A stretch of DNA of 62,721 bases, filler included, from Sanchytrium tribonematis (taxonomy: Eukaryota): assembly GCA_018985235.1 (NCBI GenBank). It is 11 parts of 11 records of this genome, joined end to end, with 100 filler letters (N's around TTAATTAATTAA, not from the genome) between each part and the next. Parts side by side here need not be neighbours in the genome. Positions count along the whole stretch, not along the records: positions 3,974 to 27,203 come from JADGIG010000077.1; 10 more parts are not named here. One strand, written 5' to 3'. The notes beneath the pieces were generated by a model. It worked only from the letters and a program-made list of their open reading frames with translations. It did not search any database and was not told the DNA's origin. The translations under genes were made by a program, and so were the position numbers. Of this stretch, positions 8,774-19,168 are shown piece by piece; the stretch's first letter is position 1, and every line of letters begins with the position of its first letter.

Positions 8774-11700
8774 TTAATCAGCAGCAATCTTTCTAATAAC
8801 ACTGCATTGATTAATATTCTTTGAAATTTTATAGTAATTATCAATGAATTCTCTTTTCCCTAAAATATTGAGAAATTGCTCATCGTGCGTAATTACAATT
8901 AATTGAAAATTACTTTGCTTACGCCTAGTTTCTATAATTTTACACAAACTAGTAGCAAGTGCCTCAATATTTCGTCTATCAAGATTAGTCGTTGGTTCGT
9001 CCAAGGCCAATATTCCGCAATTTGTTCCAAATACCTCTGCAAGTGCTAATCTAATAATTATGCAGCTTAAAACTTTTTGGCCAGCAGAGCATCTTCCTCT
9101 CATATCGATTGAAACATCTCCCTTAACCATACAGACTCGGTAATTATAACTCTTGTTGCCTTTTGTTTCTAATTCTGTTCTAATTTCAATGGTATCAATA
9201 TCATTTCCTTGATAAGTTTCCACCCATAAATCTCGAATAATGTTATTCACAAGTTTCATTTTTTCTTTATGATATTGCATGATCGCCTGATCGAGGGCAG
9301 TTGCATAAACCTGGAGATCGTGAATAGCCAATTCCCCAGTGACTTTGTCTACCAAGGCGGTATGGTGTTTTAAGGCTGCGTCTTTATATTTTTCAGCAAG
9401 TTCTTTGCTTAAATCCTTTCTTCTATCATCTAGTTGTTTTAGCTGACCTGTCAAGCTTGCAATCTGTTTTGTAAAATTAGTAATTTGGGTCTTTAAGTCG
9501 TTTTGTTGGGTGCTGTAAATTCTTATATCGCCAATATTGCTCTGCTTCTCGCTTATTTTGATAGACAGGGATTTGATCTCTTCCTTCCATTTCCTGTATT
9601 TAAAAACATCTTCTACGTGTCTTTCAAAGGCTTTTGACGTAAGTTCCATTGCATCTTGCGTATTGTAATCTTGTTTCATGGTCGAAATTTGTTCATTAAT
9701 ATGTTGAATTTCAGAATTGATTTTGCCTAATTCATTGTTGAGCTTATGCATCTCTTTCTCAGAATTCACATTTTTTAAATTTTGAATTTCAACATCGAGC
9801 CTTGAAAAAGTTGAAATTTTATCGGCACAAACGGATATTTCATGTTCTGTATTCGATCTAGTTTCATTATATTCGTTTTGAATATGATTAAGATTAGTTT
9901 TGGTTTGTTTTAATTCATCTTGAATTACTTTAATTTCATCTTCAAGTGAACTTTTTGATTTAATTAATTCGTTAATTTGAGAGGTATCTTTTAGCTTATA
10001 TTGTTCGTACTCCTGCAATTTAGATCTAGATTCTTTATAATGCTGAAGTTTTTCATTATACGATACAATTTTCTTGTCGACTGAGAATTTTTCCTGATCT
10101 AGTTTTCTTATTTCCAAATTAAGCTGGTGTTTTTTTTCATTCTGAAACTGAATTTCTTTGCTCAATTTGGCTTTTTCCTGATCTAGCTCTGATACGGTAG
10201 AGGATTCCTGCAGCTGTAGAAGCTCTTGTTGAGCAGTTAAAATTTTTGAATTCAAGCTATGATTATTCAACTGAGCAATTTCTTGGTTGCTTGACAACGA
10301 AGAGTTGATCAAAGTAAGAGTGTTTTTAATTTTTTCAAATTGACTTTCAAAATCTTTGTAATTTTCTTCTTTTAATTGGAGTTTTACTTTAATTTCGCTT
10401 TCATCCTGTAATTCCTCATATATACCTCTAGAAATAACATCATGTAAAGATTTAAGGGCCCTTAGATCGATGAGTTTCTCTTTGGCTTCAATAACCGCAC
10501 TTTCACCCATGTTCAGCATCTCAGAATCCTTTTTTAACGAAGAAATAAAATCTTTTAATTTTTTCTCCTCCTTCGATGAAAAAGACCTTCTACAAAGACT
10601 GCATGATCTAGCCTCAACAGCTTGACTTAAATATTCTTTATATAAAGGGATTAAGGCACTAGATCCATTTGCGTTGTCAAATTTTTGCTGTGCATCTTGC
10701 AGTGTCGATTCAAAGTTTTCTATGGCGCAAATGTTATTGAGCTTGTCTCTTAATTCATCCTTGTTTTTGTTGTACTGTTCTATTTTTGTTTTGACGACTT
10801 CCATCTTAGCCTTGAGCCCATATATATCATTTTGAAGATCCCGACATTTGTTTTGCTTGTCCTCATAGTCTTGCTGTACCTGAGTTTGCTTTAATTGTAG
10901 GTTCATTTTAATATCATTAAAATCATCAATATAAGTTATTACACCAGAAAGCCTCGTGACGCAATCATCATAGTAGAGTTTAGTTTGGGTTTCAATTTCC
11001 TGCAATTGCTCCCTGTATTGCGTCAGTTCTTTGGAAATTATTTTTCGGTTTATTGCAATATCACGTCGCTTTTCCAAGCGCTCCAGATCCCGAGAATGAT
11101 TGCCATTGTTTTGCTCCGCATTTTCCAAGTCCCGCTGTAAATTTACAATCCGAGTATTGAGTTCATGTAGCTTCGACTGCTCCGTAGAAATTAATGAGCC
11201 ATAGTCTTGATCAAGCGCTTCTATCTTTTTGATATCATCTGAATACCTTTGAATTTGTATTTTTAATTGGTGTATATTTCTGTCATAATTTTGATTGTTC
11301 GCTTGTTGCTGAGAAATTTTGTTCGAGAGATTTTGAATCTTAAACTCTTTGTCTTGTTTCTTGACTTCAAAGTTATCATTTAATAGTTTCAAATTAGTTT
11401 TTAACTCGCTAGATTTTTGTTGCAATTGCAGATTGCATTGCTGCTGAGTTGACATTTTATATGATTTGAGGAGACGATCCATTTCCGTCAGTTTAGAGTT
11501 CAACTGCTCCTTTCTCTGCTGAAGTTTTCCGATATTATTTATCAAATTATCTTTGTTTTTAGATTTTTGGATTGATTCACTTTCAAGCTGCTGAATCTGG
11601 TTTTGTAATTGTTCCATACTAGCTCTGGCGGTTATGAGACCCTCTCTTTGTTGCTCAAGTAGAAGCTCTAATTCCTCATTAGATTCAACGGGCATCTGAT

Positions 11701-12577
11701 GTATTTGATTCTCTAGTTCGTTCACATTTTGTTGCATATGGTCTCTTTTACTTTTCCATTCTTTCAGCGTGACTTCTATGCTTTGCCATTCTTTTGTAGT
11801 TTCGACAAGTTGATCCATTTCCCTATTTTTTACATTTAAGGTAGCTTCTAATTCGCCAATTTCGGTTTTATACTTTATAATTTTCTCACTAATTTCAGCC
11901 ATCTGTATTTTTTTCTCCACGCTACTATTTTTGTCATTTGATAAATATTTTAGCTCTGTCTTACATGTTTTAAGCTCACTTTCCATTTTTTTCCTTAAAT
12001 CTACCAATAGTTTGACCATTTTGGCATATTCAGTGGCGTTAAAGATATCGTCAAACTTTTTCTTTAGAGCTGAAGCTTCGCTTAATGGCCAATTACTTTC
12101 CTCTTGATGACAGAAAATAACGTTTTCCAAGACAGCCTTGCTGACACCTAATCTTTGCTGTGTCTCCAAATTTACATCCGCACACTTTTGAGTTATACTT
12201 TGCTTGCCTTCTGGAGTTTCTACCTGTAATAAGGCTTCAAGGGTTTTCATGCTAATTCCTTTTTTGGTTTGCGAAGCTTGTAAATTTCTGGTCATGGTAA
12301 ATCGTCTAGCTTGTATATCATTGAATCTCAATCTGATTTGAGCTTTTACACTAGTTTCTCCTGCAATTTTTGGATCATAAATAAAAGCACCACCTTTTGA
12401 AGCGCCTGATGGCAAACTTCCTGCTGTGGCGTACATGAGCGATTCAATAATTGTCGTTTTACCGCAACCATTTTGTCCAATAATGAGTGTCAATGGCGTA
12501 TAAAAATCTATAATTTGAGGTTCATCTGGTGCATAACTTCTAATTCCAAGAATGGACAATTTGTCAATTTTGGACAT
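8774..12577 (-). CDS. RAD50: DNA repair protein Rad50
   Basis: Walker A GQNGCGKTT, FCHQEESNWP, zinc hook CSLC, MRGRCSAGQK, ALDEPTTNLD, ITHD. Confidence 0.98.
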   Translation of the reverse strand: MSKIDKLSILGIRSYAPDEPQIIDFYTPLTLIIGQNGCGKTTIIESLMYATAGSLPSGASKGGAFIYDPKIAGETSVKAQIRLRFNDIQARRFTMTRNLQASQTKKGISMKTLEALLQVETPEGKQSITQKCADVNLETQQRLGVSKAVLENVIFCHQEESNWPLSEASALKKKFDDIFNATEYAKMVKLLVDLRKKMESELKTCKTELKYLSNDKNSSVEKKIQMAEISEKIIKYKTEIGELEATLNVKNREMDQLVETTKEWQSIEVTLKEWKSKRDHMQQNVNELENQIHQMPVESNEELELLLEQQREGLITARASMEQLQNQIQQLESESIQKSKNKDNLINNIGKLQQRKEQLNSKLTEMDRLLKSYKMSTQQQCNLQLQQKSSELKTNLKLLNDNFEVKKQDKEFKIQNLSNKISQQQANNQNYDRNIHQLKIQIQRYSDDIKKIEALDQDYGSLISTEQSKLHELNTRIVNLQRDLENAEQNNGNHSRDLERLEKRRDIAINRKIISKELTQYREQLQEIETQTKLYYDDCVTRLSGVITYIDDFNDIKMNLQLKQTQVQQDYEDKQNKCRDLQNDIYGLKAKMEVVKTKIEQYNKNKDELRDKLNNICAIENFESTLQDAQQKFDNANGSSALIPLYKEYLSQAVEARSCSLCRRSFSSKEEKKLKDFISSLKKDSEMLNMGESAVIEAKEKLIDLRALKSLHDVISRGIYEELQDESEIKVKLQLKEENYKDFESQFEKIKNTLTLINSSLSSNQEIAQLNNHSLNSKILTAQQELLQLQESSTVSELDQEKAKLSKEIQFQNEKKHQLNLEIRKLDQEKFSVDKKIVSYNEKLQHYKESRSKLQEYEQYKLKDTSQINELIKSKSSLEDEIKVIQDELKQTKTNLNHIQNEYNETRSNTEHEISVCADKISTFSRLDVEIQNLKNVNSEKEMHKLNNELGKINSEIQHINEQISTMKQDYNTQDAMELTSKAFERHVEDVFKYRKWKEEIKSLSIKISEKQSNIGDIRIYSTQQNDLKTQITNFTKQIASLTGQLKQLDDRRKDLSKELAEKYKDAALKHHTALVDKVTGELAIHDLQVYATALDQAIMQYHKEKMKLVNNIIRDLWVETYQGNDIDTIEIRTELETKGNKSYNYRVCMVKGDVSIDMRGRCSAGQKVLSCIIIRLALAEVFGTNCGILALDEPTTNLDRRNIEALATSLCKIIETRRKQSNFQLIVITHDEQFLNILGKREFIDNYYKISKNINQCSVIRKIAAD

Positions 12578-12783
12578 CTCCGAGTTTTAAATACATTTTA
12601 TTGAGAATTCAAAAATATAAATTCGATATAAAAGAGAATCATAAATATAATCAAGGGCTCATCCAAGATCCCAAATTTGCTCTAGTGACCATCCTCCAAG
12701 TGCCTGGACTGCTGGGATTGTTCCCACATAAATATTGTTTAAAAGGCGACCCAACCAAATGAGGCATTTCTTCCTAAATAAAT

Positions 12784-15003
12784 TTAAATTACAGTTCGAG
12801 CAAAATGACGAACCAAACTTCCGAAAGTGGGGACAAAATGAGTATTGAAAAAAGATACAATGTCACAATACCTTTTGTCACCATTCGTTAAAGTTTTATC
12901 ATAAATAGAGTATAAAATTTCACTTTCAAAATTACTGGTGCTTGTCTGAAGCGCACCGATAAATTCAGCCAATTGTATCCTAATATCTAGATATTTGCAA
13001 AGTGCAAATAATCCACACATTATTATGACATTAATGTCACGAAAATCGAGCATTCTAAACCGATCTTCTTTCAAGATTGCACAAGCAATAAATTTTTTAC
13101 CTTTATCGGCCACAGATCTTCTACAGGTCGTTTTCCAGTGATCAGAGTTTATGTTTTCCATCATTAATTCGACCATTCCTAAGCTTGTGTCAATTACATA
13201 AACAAACACAAACATAATGAATTGATCAAAGTTGAAGTAATGACTTGGTATGTAGTCTTTCGCTTCGGAAAAATCAATTCTAGTAAACAAAAGACTTCGA
13301 TGTAACTCGTAGACTGCTTGTATGTGCTCATAGTAAATCTCAGCTTCATGGTATTTTCCATCTTTAATAATAGCTCTCGCCCGATCTCCATCACTTCCTG
13401 AATCAAAACGAGATTGATAAATCAAGGCACATAAATTAAAAATTTCAGGCTCAGTCCATATTATCCTTAAAAGCAAATCTTTAAGCATGTCTTGGAGTAA
13501 ATTCTCGACAATAAGAGGAAGAGCATCTGGCACGCGACACTTATGGTATTCAATATCGGATTGAGTGACCGATTTCGGCGGATGTTCGTAGAAATCCTTG
13601 GTCTGCATCAAATTGTACACAAAAACAACCTCAATATTATGTACACCCCAAATTTCATATGCTGCATTAAAAAATAATGAGCTTCCTGTCTCTGCAAAGT
13701 GCCAGAGGTCGAAAAACACTGCACTAATGATTTCCATAAACTTCTCAGGGACGTCAGTGAGAGGAACTTGGCATGAGTTTTTCAGGTGATTCAATATAGT
13801 ACTCAAAAATCCATTTACAGGAAAGTCACTAGTTAAATCATGGCTGGCCTTAAATTCTGACGATTTGTATTCAAGTGTTTGCATAAATTCTTGAAAATAA
13901 TCCTCAAAATCTGTAACATCAAATACAAGTGCTCCAGAGGCGAGTATTTGCCTAAATTTTCTCAGCTGCATATTAGAATGTTTCTTATTTTTAAAACCAT
14001 TAATATTGTAAGCTTGCGACTCTGCAAAACTGGGCTTACTCCTCATCTCTTTCGTTTTCATAAACTGCAAAACATTGGGAGCCGGTTCGTATGAGATTCT
14101 TTTGGGCTTTGATGGAATGTCAAATCCCAGATCATCGGCATTCAAATATAGTTGATTAATATGTTGTTGAAATCTTTGCACCTCCTCAGTATATGCCACA
14201 TCTAAAGCATCACCATACCACGACAGATGTCCCAAAGAGCTAAAAGACTTGAGATGCTCATTGATGGCTGGAATAAGCCTTGTCCACTCGGACTTGAACT
14301 GGTCCATATATGCCAATTTGATATTCCACTTTGTAAACATAACAGCCAAGACATAATCTATTTCCCTGTACTTTAAAACTTGTTTGGAGTCCTCTGGCGA
14401 AAACTTCAATAGTTTCTCCACCTCTGTAGGGGTGTTTGACCAATGAACCACTTCAAACATATTTTGCAACACACACGCGACAAATCCAAACAAAATTCTA
14501 GAGTTCTTGTTAGTTTCCATATCATACAAACTCTTTATATACAATATTATATTCCACCCGTGGTTAAATACCAAATCAATATATCTATTTGAACTAGTCA
14601 GTGGTGTGCAATAGCTTGGCACCTGATACACCCATTTCTTTTTGAATAAGATATTAAAGAAGTAAGAATATTCCTGCTGCAAAGATTGATTTAATTGGTT
14701 TCTTGTTAAAACATCGTCACATAATTGCAAAGTGGTGGTTAATCTATTATTATGCTCTGAATTGTCTTGTTTTAAAATGATTGAGATTATATCCTTTATA
14801 GACTGTAGATTTGTTATATTATATTGTTTACAAGATGATTTTTGGTATTGAATTAATTCAGTGGTGAATTTAGTAGTGTTTTCATGCTGTTCGCACCATT
14901 CGCCATTGTTGAGACATATTACTTCTTGAACCCATTCATAAAATCCAGTAAATTGCGCGGGTTTCCGTTTTAGCGATTCCGGTGAATGAATTGCTCTTTT
15001 CAT
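12784..15003 (-). CDS. Hypothetical protein (about 739 aa), no recognisable domain
   Basis: Long uninterrupted ORF; likely start MKRAIHSPESLKRK at 15003. Confidence 0.7.
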   Translation of the reverse strand: MKRAIHSPESLKRKPAQFTGFYEWVQEVICLNNGEWCEQHENTTKFTTELIQYQKSSCKQYNITNLQSIKDIISIILKQDNSEHNNRLTTTLQLCDDVLTRNQLNQSLQQEYSYFFNILFKKKWVYQVPSYCTPLTSSNRYIDLVFNHGWNIILYIKSLYDMETNKNSRILFGFVACVLQNMFEVVHWSNTPTEVEKLLKFSPEDSKQVLKYREIDYVLAVMFTKWNIKLAYMDQFKSEWTRLIPAINEHLKSFSSLGHLSWYGDALDVAYTEEVQRFQQHINQLYLNADDLGFDIPSKPKRISYEPAPNVLQFMKTKEMRSKPSFAESQAYNINGFKNKKHSNMQLRKFRQILASGALVFDVTDFEDYFQEFMQTLEYKSSEFKASHDLTSDFPVNGFLSTILNHLKNSCQVPLTDVPEKFMEIISAVFFDLWHFAETGSSLFFNAAYEIWGVHNIEVVFVYNLMQTKDFYEHPPKSVTQSDIEYHKCRVPDALPLIVENLLQDMLKDLLLRIIWTEPEIFNLCALIYQSRFDSGSDGDRARAIIKDGKYHEAEIYYEHIQAVYELHRSLLFTRIDFSEAKDYIPSHYFNFDQFIMFVFVYVIDTSLGMVELMMENINSDHWKTTCRRSVADKGKKFIACAILKEDRFRMLDFRDINVIIMCGLFALCKYLDIRIQLAEFIGALQTSTSNFESEILYSIYDKTLTNGDKRYCDIVSFFNTHFVPTFGSLVRHFARTVI

Positions 15004-15835
15004 TTTCTCAAAGAATTGTTTCAGACAAATACGTAACGTCAAACCAGTCGGGGTGACAAATTCGCCAAGGGGTCTCATGACCACGATTTGTCATTGGCTG
15101 AGAATATCCTAGTCCTAAATTAACTAAAGAATATGGCCATTAAGGCACATTGAAAATTTTGTATTGAAAAAGTTTGCAATTTTTCGAAAGAACTTAGGTG
15201 CAAGTTAGAATAATTTTAATGTGAAATCAACTAATTTTGATATCGTTACGCCAACTCTTAGTCATGTGTAATTAGCAGCATGCGCTTGATTTGTTGACTC
15301 ATGTGTGAAGTGTCGCAAAAAATAATATTGTTTGATTTCAGTCAAATAAAAAGCATTAATCAATCCATTTTATATCGTAATTTTGAACAATTAATAACTG
15401 CAATATACCTCTAGGTGATTTTTCTCATAATTTGAATAATCAATTGATTGCATATGATCAAAAGTAGCCTTGGTTTCGATATAACGTACTTGTCGGAATT
15501 ATATCAAGATATTTAATACAATAAAATAATATTATGAACAATATCATGCAGTAAATACACGGGCGATGCATCATAATTATAGCAGCGATAGTGGGCGGAG
15601 ATAAGTTATACACGAGATAGGGAAACATTAAAATTAGACAATGCATAAATAAAGACCAGATTTTGTTATGAGGGGTTTGATGTCAACTCACTCCTTTAAC
15701 ATATATGCTTTCCAGCGGTACAGATTTTGGTCTTTCCTATTTCTTCAGACTAAAACAAAATGAAGTGAAATTCACGCATATTTTGAAAGTTGTAAATTCC
15801 ATGTTGCTGGAGGTCCACAATAAAACACCCCGCTC

Positions 15836-16681
15836 ATGTTTAATTTCGAGAACTTCCATAAACAGACAAAAAGCATTCTACCAATATCTTTCAAAGGTCT
15901 TCGAGCTGACGTTACAAAAAGTTTTTCACCTACTTTTAGTGTGATGCATAATATTGGCGAAAATTATCAATTTGGTTCAATGTTATTAGATGAGAATATG
16001 TTTTTGCAGGCCTCTTTAGGTATCAATAGTGGTTTGTTCCGGTTCCATCAGAAAATACTAGATCTGAAAACTGGGCAAGTGGTTCTTAAAGCACAACATC
16101 AAACGAATTCTCAGGGAGCGCAAACACAAACTGAGGCCGAGTACATTAGTCCGCTAAATTGTTTTAACGCGAAATGGGTACCAGGTGCTTTGAACTCAAT
16201 TGGTTATTTACACAGAATTTCGAAAAATTTTATTTTAGGAGCTGAAGTTTATCAAGCTCAAGAATTTGGAGTGTCACTTAACCTTCAGCATTTTGGAAGT
16301 CCGATTTCTGAAAATGTAGAAGCCAGTCCTCCAGTGCCAGTTGGATTCACCTTCATGCCATTTTTATCTCCTGAATTTTGCGTATCACTTACCAAATCAC
16401 CGTCAAATCAAACGTTGTCTGCTAGTTATGCTCACCCATTATCAGAAAAAGTGAGTTTGGCATCCGAACTTACTATCACCCCAACTCTATCGATGACTCA
16501 AATCGGTGCTAGGTATGTCTTTCAGAATGCACTTATAAAAATCGGTTTGGACACTATGGGAGTCGTTTCGAGCGTGATGGAGTACCGCTTAATTCCTGGA
16601 ATCACAGTGGGACTCTCCGGAGAACTTAATCACTTGAAAGGAGAACAAAAGGCTGGTATCTCCTTAACTCTGGAACAATAA
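15836..16681 (+). CDS. TOM40: Mitochondrial import channel Tom40
   Basis: FKGLRADVTK...FSVMH, beta-strand pattern, SGELNH...KAGISLTLE C-terminal beta-signal. Confidence 0.85.
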   Translation: MFNFENFHKQTKSILPISFKGLRADVTKSFSPTFSVMHNIGENYQFGSMLLDENMFLQASLGINSGLFRFHQKILDLKTGQVVLKAQHQTNSQGAQTQTEAEYISPLNCFNAKWVPGALNSIGYLHRISKNFILGAEVYQAQEFGVSLNLQHFGSPISENVEASPPVPVGFTFMPFLSPEFCVSLTKSPSNQTLSASYAHPLSEKVSLASELTITPTLSMTQIGARYVFQNALIKIGLDTMGVVSSVMEYRLIPGITVGLSGELNHLKGEQKAGISLTLEQ

Positions 16682-16721
16682 AGAAGCTTTTTGCAAATCA
16701 TTAACTGCACTTTATTTGGTA

Positions 16722-17370
16722 TTACAAAATCATACACCCACCACCGGATTTCTTCTTCTTTTGACCAGCATCTGGGAGTTGTTTGTTAATTTGTCGAACT
16801 AAATCATAAAATACTTCGTCGACATTGATCTTCTTTCTTGCAGATGTTTCCAAGAATGTGCTTCCCCAATTATTGGCAAGATTCTGTCCTTCTTGTTGTG
16901 AAACAACACGATCATCTACCAAATCACATTTGTTGCCGCAAAGAACCATTGGTACCTAAATAAACTAAAAATACTTTTGGAGAATCTTTGACTCGGGTGA
17001 TTTGTTCTCTCAATTCATTAAGATCTGCAAATGTTGCCTGAGATGTGATAGAATAAACCAAGGCGAAACCTTCTCCTTTTTTCATATACATATCTCTCAT
17101 GGCTGTAAATTGTTCGGTTCCTGCTGTATCCAATATTTCCAACATGCATTGTTGGCCATCAATTTCGACCTGTTTACGATATGAGTCCTCAATGGTAGGG
17201 TCATATTTTTCAACGAATATAGATTGAACAAATTGCACGGTAAGAGCGGATTTTCCAACACCACCACTGCCTAAAACAACTAATTTGTATTCACGCACTA
17301 CGTTAGTATAAATTTAGAGATAGAGCCCAAGATTCTGGTACTTGAAATCTTGAACTCATGGAGACATACT
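16722..17370 (-). CDS. RAP1: Rap1 small GTPase, 185 aa; join(17370, 17297..16975, 16955..16722)
   Basis: [28 protein letters not shown] (Thr61 typical of Rap), NKCDL, ETSA, CAAX CMIL; two introns join the two ORF-track fragments. Confidence 0.95.
16956..16974 (-). other. 19-nt spliceosomal intron in RAP1
   Basis: GTATTTTTAGTTTATTTAG; removal gives [18 protein letters not shown] in exact Rap1 register (V109). Confidence 0.88.
17298..17369 (-). other. 72-nt intron splitting the RAP1 start codon (A|TG)
   Basis: GTATGT donor, TACTAAC branch site directly followed by GTAG acceptor; splicing creates ATG CGT GAA TAC. Confidence 0.88.
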
Positions 17371-17530
17371 TTTTGTGTTTCAAAAATTGTTTCAAAAGAA
17401 GGAGATTATTGAATTCAGTAATGAATATGAAAAGTCATGCAGTCTTTTCGCCAAAATAAATATTTTAAAAGAAATGTTATTCAATCGTTGTAAATCTTGG
17501 GCTCGTATTTTCAAGCGACACACAAGGAGT

Positions 17531-17824
17531 ATGTCTGATTTATTCAACGATGGTTTATTTGAAAAACATGTAATACACGTTAGAGTACAGCAAAGAAATG
17601 GAAGGAAAACTTTGACAACTGTTCAAGGTCTTCCTGAAGATTTAGACCAGAAGAAAATGGTTAAATATTTTAAAAAAGAATTTGCTTGCAATGGCACAAT
17701 TGTGAAAGACGAAGATGGTATGGAAATCATTCAGCTTAGTGGTGATCAAAGGGATAAAATTAAAGAGTTTCTAATGGCCCAGGAAATATGCCAATCGGAT
17801 GAAATCAAGGTCCATGGATTTTAA
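17531..17824 (+). CDS. SUI1: Translation initiation factor eIF1
   Basis: IHVRVQQRNGRKTLTTVQG, KKEFACNG, IQLSGDQR, KVHGF. Confidence 0.95.
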   Translation: MSDLFNDGLFEKHVIHVRVQQRNGRKTLTTVQGLPEDLDQKKMVKYFKKEFACNGTIVKDEDGMEIIQLSGDQRDKIKEFLMAQEICQSDEIKVHGF

Positions 17825-17857
17825 TAAATTTCATTTAATCAAAGTGAAACCAAAGAA

Positions 17858-18205
17858 ATGTCCGAGAAAATTCATACGTCTTTATTTGCTTTATGCGTCA
17901 CACTATATTTTTTAGATCATTCAATAATATCCCTAGGACTTCGGTACTTGGGACTTCTGCATCCAATGCTCTCGTGGATCCATTTTCTCTCGTGGATGAT
18001 GCCTCCGTTAAATATTATTATAGACCCAATAGAAATGCAATCTTCCACCTTATTACATTCAATTTCATTATTTCTGTTTCAATGGCTAATAGAGTTGGAC
18101 GATTATTTTAGGCTGAATGACGAAAGTTTGGAAATCGGATTTTCTCATCTAAAACGATACTATAACCAGGATCCCGTTCAATCTTATGAACAGCTGCCAG
18201 TTTAA
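17858..18205 (+). CDS. Small membrane protein, possibly DUF1746-like
   Basis: Hydrophobic segments; LYFLDHS...LR and IIID...LFLFQ resemble the fungal DUF1746 pattern as I recall it. Confidence 0.5.
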   Translation: MSEKIHTSLFALCVTLYFLDHSIISLGLRYLGLLHPMLSWIHFLSWMMPPLNIIIDPIEMQSSTLLHSISLFLFQWLIELDDYFRLNDESLEIGFSHLKRYYNQDPVQSYEQLPV

Positions 18206-18220
18206 TTTCAAGTAAATAAT

Positions 18221-18754
18221 TTATTCTAGATCGTATTTGTCTGAAATTTCTTCAAATTCAGAATTTGCCAAGGCCTCATCCACCTCGTATTGAATATTAG
18301 AACTTCGCAATAGATTCAAACCATCAAAAGAATGCTTATAAGAATATAACCTAAATAAATTATACAAAAGAACAACATTTGGACCCGGTAAGATCGTAAA
18401 TAACATCGAAAATGGTAAACCGAGGAAGCTTAATAAGTACCATCTTTTGTAATAGGATTCTCTTTCAAATAATTTAGTAATATGGGTATCCGGGGAGACA
18501 TTTGGTGCATGTATCACTGTAATAGTTTCAATAGGCGGCTTTTTTTGAAATATTCCTTTAAATACAGTTTTTACAGTCCATTCCTTATTTGGCTCATGAT
18601 AACATAATCGAGTCAATAGCAATTCTTCCTTAGGCATATACTTGATTCCTTTATTGGCATATCTATATATTGAAGGGTAATTTTTTAACAAATGTAAAAA
18701 AGGATGTGGATGAGAAACGAAGAAATTTGACTTGAAAAATATTAAAAGTGTCAT
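18221..18754 (-). CDS. Mitochondrial K+/H+ exchange-related protein (Mit_KHE1-like)
   Basis: LPFS..FTILPGPNV.LLYNLFRLYS motif; start taken at MTLLIFF (18754). Confidence 0.65.
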   Translation of the reverse strand: MTLLIFFKSNFFVSHPHPFLHLLKNYPSIYRYANKGIKYMPKEELLLTRLCYHEPNKEWTVKTVFKGIFQKKPPIETITVIHAPNVSPDTHITKLFERESYYKRWYLLSFLGLPFSMLFTILPGPNVVLLYNLFRLYSYKHSFDGLNLLRSSNIQYEVDEALANSEFEEISDKYDLE

Positions 18755-19168
18755 ATTCAACTCCTCATTTTGTAAAAGTGTGCTGTCTGTCGGATAGATT
18801 TCAATCATTTCATGTTCTTCACATTGATTTCCTGATTGGGTATTCATGTTAACAAATTGCGTTTGAGAATTTTTTAAAAATTCACTAATAAAAGGTGATT
18901 GGACGATTAAATGAAACACTATGATGGCAATTATATTCAATTTTACTTGAAATATATGCCACAGAAGTTACAAGTGACAACGACCACGGAAATGACGAGC
19001 CAATGGGGTCAATTTTTTCATCTCAAGAATCGGAAAAAATTGATAATGCTTCAACAAAGTAGAGGAGATATCTAATATTAAAGAGGTGATATCTAAGGCT
19101 GAATTTATAGCTATCATTAAGATGGAATTTGGGGGCATCTCAGAGAAACTCTAGAGAAGGAGCCTTCC

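Noticed and set aside
12640..12775. GC-richer gap upstream of RAD50 containing CGCCTTTTA and GGAACAA on the minus strand, reminiscent of U5 snRNA
   Set aside because: Loop I lacks the invariant C after UUUUA, the flanking stems do not pair and there is no good Sm site; an Infernal scan would settle it
15458..15646. 62-aa hydrophobic minus-strand ORF
   Set aside because: Low-complexity AT-rich translation, no motif, none of the start or stop signals seen at real genes
17375..17530. N-terminal extension of eIF1 in the ORF track (also extensions of HSP10, TBCA, Dicer, MOB4 and Mit_KHE1)
   Set aside because: Produced by GTG/TTG or upstream starts running through promoter DNA; homology begins at later ATGs
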